From NCBI GenBank assembly GCA_001766815.1, contig LYOS01000002.1, forward strand, positions 202,377-234,376: a DNA stretch of 32,000 nt. Direction: 5' to 3'. Under the pieces are notes generated by a model that was not told the origin of the DNA, made no database searches, and saw nothing but the letters and a program-made list of their open reading frames with translations. This document shows, piece by piece, positions 27,597 to 32,000 of the stretch; the first letter of the stretch is position 1; each line of letters opens with the position of its first letter. The translations under genes were made by a program, and so were the position numbers. The stretch is from Candidatus Syntropharchaeum caldarium. GTDB lineage: Archaea; Halobacteriota; Syntropharchaeia; Syntropharchaeales; Syntropharchaeaceae.

Positions 27597-28207
27597 GCGA
27601 ATTATTCCTCATCCTGATTATAGCGGTTCCGATACTGCTCCTTCTCGCGATGATATTTGGGTTGATGCTCACAATTACAAAGAGGAAGTTTTTTCCGATG
27701 TTCACATATACCATCCTCACAACCTTCTCACAACCTGCAAAGTTTCTATTGAATATCCTTGATATCGACCCACTCATTCTGAATGAGATCATAATTGCAC
27801 TGATCAACTCGTTCACGGTGGATGATTACAGATCTTCTGCAAAAGATGGGCGTATGCTCTTTCTGCCACAGTGCCTGAGATCGATCGAGTGCCCTGCAAA
27901 GACAGATGCTGAAGAAGGGATTGTCTGTCTTGAATGTGGAAAGTGCGAGATCGCAGAGATCATCCCTTTTGCACAGAAAGAGGGGGTTGAAGTGTATATT
28001 GTGCCTGGAGGGGGTTTTGTTAAACGTATAATCAGGAAGAGAAAGCCAGAAGCAGTTGCAGGAGTTGCATGTCAGATCGAACTTTATGAGATGATGCAAA
28101 ACCTTGTCAGAAAGGGTGTACCCGCTCAAGGAGTGATTCTTGCAAAATCGGGCTGTATTGAAACGATCGTTGATTGGGAGAAGGTCAGGCAGATTTTGAA
28201 CGCGTAA
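27575..28207 (+). CDS. DUF116-family membrane protein (Cys-rich), paralog 2
   Basis: 210 aa with the same layout as paralog 1: LPQCLRSIECPAKTDAEEGIVCLECGKCEIA and VPGGGFVKRIIRKRKPEAVAGVAC. It overlaps paralog 1 by 22 nt. Confidence 0.7.
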   Translation: MSLYAILGELFLILIIAVPILLLLAMIFGLMLTITKRKFFPMFTYTILTTFSQPAKFLLNILDIDPLILNEIIIALINSFTVDDYRSSAKDGRMLFLPQCLRSIECPAKTDAEEGIVCLECGKCEIAEIIPFAQKEGVEVYIVPGGGFVKRIIRKRKPEAVAGVACQIELYEMMQNLVRKGVPAQGVILAKSGCIETIVDWEKVRQILNA

Positions 28208-28261
28208 TCAAAAGAACTATTAAATAGAATGTTGAGGTAGTAGATAGAAGGTGATGGATAT

Positions 28262-29014
28262 ATGGCACTTGACTTGTTAATTGGGATTATAGTAATACTT
28301 CTGATCATTCTCTCATCTGCGATACGTGTGGTGAAAGAATATGAGCGGGGTGTAATATTCAGACTTGGACGGCTCGTTGGTGCAAGGGGGCCTGGACTTT
28401 TCTTCATCATACCGATCTTTGAGATGATGGTGAAGATTGATCTTCGGACCGTGACCTTTGATGTGCCACCGCAGGAAGTTATAACAAAGGACAACGTGAC
28501 GACGAAGGTCAACGCAGTTGTCTACTACCGTGTGATGGATCCAGAGAAGGCGGTGACACAGGTTGAGCACTATGCGCTTGCAACATCTCAGATGGCGGTG
28601 ACAACGCTTCGTGGTGTGATCGGGCAGAGTGAGCTTGATGAACTGCTATCTGAGCGAGAGAAGATCAACAAGAAGATACAACACATCGTTGATGAGGCGA
28701 CCGATCCATGGGGAATCAAAGTCTCTGCTATTGAGATAAAAGATGTTGAGCTTCCAAAGGAGATGCAGCGGGCGATGGCATCACAGGCAGAGGCAGAGCG
28801 CAACCGAAGAGCGCGTGTTATAAATGCAGAGGGTGAGTTCCAGGCAGCACAGAAGCTTTCAGAAGCGGCAGAAGTACTGAATAAAACCAAGGGTGGTATG
28901 TTTATCAGGACACTTGAGATGATACGAGATGCAACCGAGGAGAAAGCAACAACAGTCGTAATCCCGATACCTGTCAACTGGATGGAAGCTTTTGGAGGAG
29001 GGAAGAAAGATTGA
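28262..29014 (+). CDS. SPFH/Band 7 family protein (stomatin-like)
   Basis: 250 aa with an N-terminal hydrophobic hairpin, then [14 protein letters not shown] and a PHB-domain core, followed by a coiled-coil [17 protein letters not shown]. Confidence 0.9.
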   Translation: MALDLLIGIIVILLIILSSAIRVVKEYERGVIFRLGRLVGARGPGLFFIIPIFEMMVKIDLRTVTFDVPPQEVITKDNVTTKVNAVVYYRVMDPEKAVTQVEHYALATSQMAVTTLRGVIGQSELDELLSEREKINKKIQHIVDEATDPWGIKVSAIEIKDVELPKEMQRAMASQAEAERNRRARVINAEGEFQAAQKLSEAAEVLNKTKGGMFIRTLEMIRDATEEKATTVVIPIPVNWMEAFGGGKKD

Positions 29015-29442
29015 AGGTCAAAATAGGATTTCTGGCGGTTCTTGTTGTAGTTGCGATGGCGTCATGTGGGTGTGTAAATGAGAGTAAACCACCCGCCCTA
29101 ACGCTTGCATCGTTTACAACCGATCAAGATCTTTATCACTCCAAAGATCCGATGGTTGTAACCGTAACACTCAACGCAACCGGTGATATGCAGGACGTTT
29201 ATCTAAACATCTCAGGCATCATCAACGAGCGTGGCAAGATCATGGTCTATAACGAGACGGTTACGAACCTGACAGCGGGGGTAAACAGGATCATCTTCAA
29301 GGAGAGAATGCCAAGCTGTAACAGATGTTCCAAGCTCTCTGAAGGCACATACTACCTCAACCTGACGGTTGTTTACCAGAATACGACTCTCATAAACGCA
29401 ACAACACCTGGAGCATCGATACCTGTTGAGTTGAGGCAGTAA
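29011..29442 (+). CDS. Small secreted/lipobox protein, N-glycosylation-sequon-rich, unknown function
   Basis: 143 aa with a TTG start overlapping the stomatin stop by 4 nt. The signal peptide has a lipobox-like VAMASCGC. There are eight N-x-S/T sequons (NES, NAT, NIS, NET, NLT, NLT, NTT, NAT). Confidence 0.6.
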   Translation: MKVKIGFLAVLVVVAMASCGCVNESKPPALTLASFTTDQDLYHSKDPMVVTVTLNATGDMQDVYLNISGIINERGKIMVYNETVTNLTAGVNRIIFKERMPSCNRCSKLSEGTYYLNLTVVYQNTTLINATTPGASIPVELRQ

Positions 29443-29559
29443 GGTCTATAATCCCAGATGATGGTGGGGACAACAGGTAAATTAGAGAACTACAATAGCC
29501 TGAAAGATAGCGTCACGAAGAACCATCGCCTGGAATCATTGCAAATGGAAAAAAGTTGA

Positions 29560-29802
29560 TCAGAAATAAATAATAAATGTTGTACCGATAAGTGCAGAGG
29601 TGATGCCGATTATCTCACACAGGACTGTACTGTCTGTCACAAGCCGCACACATTCATGATGGTTGCGTCAGCGATAACATCAACACCCACAGCAACGCCA
29701 ACTGCTGCTACTCCGAGACACGCGACCCCCGGGTTTGGTGTATTATTCGCAGCTGGTGGAATTGGTATTGCAACCGTGATATGTATGAAGCGAAGGAGGT
29801 AA
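29560..29802 (+). pseudogene. Orphan fragment: CxxCH haem-c motif plus PGF-CTERM archaeosortase sorting signal (probable remnant of a cell-surface c-type cytochrome)
   Basis: The open frame reads SEINNKCCTDKCRGDADYLTQDCTVCHKPHTFMMVASAITSTPTATPTAATPRHATPGFGVLFAAGGIGIATVICMKRRR*. It has a Thr/Pro linker, PGF, a TM helix and a basic tail. There is no signal peptide, and the only in-frame ATG before the tail is at 29656. An in-frame TGA at 29557 separates it from an ATG at 29458. Confidence 0.45.
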
Positions 29803-29817
29803 AGCTCCTTTGTTAAA

Positions 29818-29838
29818 TTTTTCTATCCCTTTCTTTTT
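29818..29838 (+). terminator. Oligo-T tracts (archaeal terminator-like)
   Basis: TTTTT occurs at 29818-29822 and again at 29834-29838, just downstream of the PGF-CTERM frame stop. Confidence 0.3.
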
Positions 29839-29922
29839 CGAGACCGTAACCTTTCAGTCCATGCCTATTCGTGTCGTGGATTAAGATTGGAAAGATAAAA
29901 ATAGTTTTTAGCTGAAAAGTCT

Positions 29923-30240
29923 TTGATGCATGATGCGATAATCCAGATACGGGCAGATCGAGGGATCACAGAGGACGAGATGCGATCACTCCACAACATC
30001 ATCGAGAGATACAGAGGTGGAAGCGTGTATGAGATATGTGACGCCAGGAATGGTTTTGATGTCTATGTCTCATCGGTGAATACTGCAAGGCATATCGCAT
30101 CAAAGATATTGAAGGTGCTTGGCGGATCGAAGAAGGAGAGCACGAGGTATCTGAGGGTAGAGAACGGAAGGGCTGTTTACAGGTTCACGCTGCGAATAAA
30201 GCTACCAGAAACAGCATCGAAGGCAAAATATGGGTTTTAA
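29923..30240 (+). CDS. Hypothetical small protein; weak resemblance to the central region of NMD3-family proteins
   Basis: 105 aa with a TTG/ATG start. IQIRADRGITEDE, GFDVYVSS...ARHIASKI and GRAVYRFTLRIKLP recall archaeal NMD3-like proteins, but the N-terminal Zn clusters and C-terminal domains are absent. A stop lies 18 nt upstream in frame. Confidence 0.35.
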   Translation: MMHDAIIQIRADRGITEDEMRSLHNIIERYRGGSVYEICDARNGFDVYVSSVNTARHIASKILKVLGGSKKESTRYLRVENGRAVYRFTLRIKLPETASKAKYGF

Positions 30241-30452
30241 ATAATTTAATCCAAATCATTTTATACCTTGCACGAATAACTCTTTCTGAAAGGGGATATC
30301 ATGAATAACTGGCTCTGCATTTATGAAGATAAAAAGAAGATTTTTCCAAGCCAGATAACGGAGGATGAGGTTTATCCGTATCGGGTTAAGGTTATGAGGG
30401 GGGTGGGTGGAAGGGGAAAGCTTTTAAAATCATTCAATTCCATTCATACCAT

Positions 30453-30548
30453 ATGGTAGGAATAAAAAGTGTCGGCAAAAAAGGACAGGTTACAATACCC
30501 AAGGAAATTAGAGAGAAGTTTGGGTTAAAAGAAGGCTCACAAGGATGA
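30453..30548 (+). pseudogene. Truncated AbrB/SpoVT/MazE-type antitoxin N-terminal fragment
   Basis: The 31-aa frame MVGIKSVGKKGQVTIPKEIREKFGLKEGSQG* contains the GQVTIPKEIREKFGLKEG looped-hinge-helix core typical of AbrB-family antitoxins. It stops about halfway through a normal domain, at the border of an AT-rich segment. Confidence 0.45.
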
Positions 30549-30802
30549 GATATCTTAACTTCATGGCTCAAAATCTTGTAAGCCTATGAATTTACATCCT
30601 TCCACTCTGAGGGTATTATCATTAACATTTAAAATAACAACCACATACTCAGAAATGCTAACTTCTGGTAAAATTTTTATCGAGATTTCTTCGAAATGTT
30701 TGCAACGTATCTGTTTAGCTCCCCTAATCATCCTACTGAATCCATCTGAATAGAAAAGCTTATTTTTGATGTGCAACGATCTCCTTATCGAAGGGGATGA
30801 AA

Positions 30803-31315
30803 GGTGCGCAATGATGAGGTTAAAATCTTCAAAGCCCGCATAGAAGAACTTGAAAAGCGATTCGCCGTCTACGAAAATGCACACACTCCTCCAGGCCTGA
30901 AACGTGGCGGTTACCACACCGGAAGATCCAGAATGTCTTGAAACGGCAGTACGGACTGGATATGAGCCCTGCCACGATCCTTGATCTCACACGTCGTGCC
31001 TCCGATGCGATTCGATCGGAATATGAAGAAATTCTGGACAGAATCCGCGGTGCTAAAGTGCTGTATGTGGATGAGACCTCAATCAAGGTTCAGGGAAAGA
31101 AATACTGGATCTGGGCATTCACCACGCCAGTAGAGACCTTTATCGCAATACGAAATAGTAAATAGTCGTGGTATGAAAGTGCTCATGGAAGTTCTGACGA
31201 GGCGGTTCAAAGGAACAACCATTCACGAAAGGATCATGACCGTACTGACAGCGTGGACGCAGCAAGGGCTCAACAGCTTTCAGATGTTGAGGGCGAAGTT
31301 GAGGATGGGTGAGTA
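30803..31315 (+). mobile_element. IS66-family transposase pseudogene (frame-broken and internally deleted)
   Basis: Three fragments lie in different frames. The first is VRNDEVKIFKARIEELEKRFAVYENAHTPP. The second is LDMSPATILDLTRRASDAIRSEYEEILDRIRGAKVLYVDETSIKVQGKKYWIWAFTT (IS66 DET...W.W signature). The third is SRGMKVLMEVL..FKG joined directly to a C-terminal tail. The DDE core is missing. Confidence 0.75.
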
Positions 31316-31365
31316 AATACATACCAGGATTTTAATGTTTCATGTGCAAAGGTTTTGGGACAAAA

Positions 31366-32000
31366 TTACCTCACCCTGATTGCAAACACATTGTGCCAGA
31401 GCCCGATAGCAAATAAAGCCATCTCTCTCCTATCTTCTCTCTTCTGCCTGATCAACCAACCAAACCTTCTCTTATCTGCTGAAAAACCTGATTCACTCAA
31501 ATTCCTCTTGAAGTACCTCTTCAAAAACTTATAGGGAGCCTCAATAATCCTTCCTATAACCCTCAACCAGTCAAATCCTATTCTCGCCAGATTCTTCTTT
31601 GGAATCACATAGACAGCAGTTTCCTTACCAAACACCTTTAAAGTCTTTCTTGTGCTGTAATACTTATCCAGGGAAATAGAATTCATCTTCACTCCCATTT
31701 CCTTGAGCATCTTCATTGCTTTGTTGAATGCATCCTTCTCTGATCTGTTTGAGTAACCAAATCCAACATACATTCCCGTATCAATATCTATTATCCTGAA
31801 AACATATCTGAAGTCCTTACCCTTCTTTTTAGGGTTGGTTCTGTAGTGCTTTGTAACAGTTAAGCTGTATCCAGTTCCATCTCCTGCAAACTCACCTGAG
31901 ATGCCTTCCTCCCTCAACAACAAAATAAAGAGGTTGTGCAGAGCAAGCTTAACTTCTTCATCTGAATACAGTCTTTCTATCGTTTTGTAGCTGACTTTGA
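31366..32000 (-). mobile_element. DDE transposase of an IS4/IS5-like archaeal insertion sequence; 5' end beyond the window
   Basis: The frame stays open upstream of the track start to the window edge (..KVSYKTIERLYSDEEVKLALHNLFILLLREEG..). Candidate DDE residues are in GDGTGYS, SLDKYYS and SESGFSADKRRFG. Confidence 0.7.

Noticed and set aside
29455-29503. A possible C/D box sRNA (AUGAUGG at about 29456-29462 and CUGA at about 29500-29503).
   Set aside because: The C box is imperfect. No internal D'/C' boxes lie between them, and no terminal stem is evident. This is probably chance.
29557-29559. The in-frame TGA between ATG 29458 and the CxxCH/PGF-CTERM frame, considered as a possible selenocysteine codon.
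   Set aside because: The upstream part has no signal peptide or recognisable domain. No SECIS-like hairpin was seen nearby. The inferred lineage (Methanosarcinales-like) is not known to use Sec. A pseudogene remnant is the simpler explanation.
30301-30459. A 52-codon ORF (MNNWLCIYEDKKK...) upstream of and overlapping the AbrB fragment.
   Set aside because: It has no recognisable family, it is short, and it lies in a region of evident gene decay.
30561-30917. A 118-aa minus-strand ORF, with a possible 56-aa version from ATG 30731, lying between the AbrB fragment and the IS66 fragment.
   Set aside because: Its 5' half is antisense to the IS66 transposase fragment. There is no recognisable domain, and it does not look like a toxin partner because it is convergent with the antitoxin fragment. 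It is left uncalled.
1-32000. CRISPR arrays, rRNA genes and long tandem repeats.
   Set aside because: Visual scanning of intergenic regions on both strands found no regularly spaced repeats and no rRNA-like sequence. All intergenic gaps are under 500 nt.

Overview
This is an archaeal chromosomal segment. Gene content looks euryarchaeal and Methanosarcinales-like (aRF1, eS19, archaeosine TGT, archaeal class I CCA enzyme, ScpAB, DUF116, a PGF-CTERM tail), but the taxon is inference only. It holds about 30 tightly packed, mostly housekeeping genes. In order: a window-truncated AMP-forming acyl/acetyl-CoA synthetase, DUF447, RPA, an ArgRS-ITPase-aRF1-PDCD5-like-eS19 block, ArcTGT, a cyclase, a MoxR/VWA pair, signal peptidase, ScpB/ScpA, a Pol-beta-type nucleotidyltransferase, NMNAT, an ATP-grasp protein, PncC, an Mo/W-type ABC permease and ATPase, the CCA enzyme, a tRNA-Val(CAC) absent from the ORF track, type I GAPDH, endonuclease V, a class II aminotransferase, ProC, two tandem DUF116 paralogs, stomatin and a small sequon-rich lipoprotein. 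The stand-out is an AT-rich island of about 3.5 kb (c. 16.21-19.80 kb) wedged between housekeeping genes. It encodes a 935-aa Hel308/Ski2-type SF2 helicase fused to a C-terminal PD-(D/E)xK (Mrr-cat-like) nuclease, followed 22 nt later by a small protein with an R-x4-H HEPN-like motif. A short remnant resembling a restriction-modification methyltransferase C-terminal tail sits at its left edge. I read this as a candidate, apparently undescribed, helicase-nuclease plus HEPN defence module. The right end of the window (29.4-32.0 kb) is accessory debris: an orphan CxxCH + PGF-CTERM fragment, a truncated AbrB-type antitoxin, an internally deleted IS66-family transposase pseudogene and a second DDE transposase running off the window. 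No CRISPR array or rRNA was seen.
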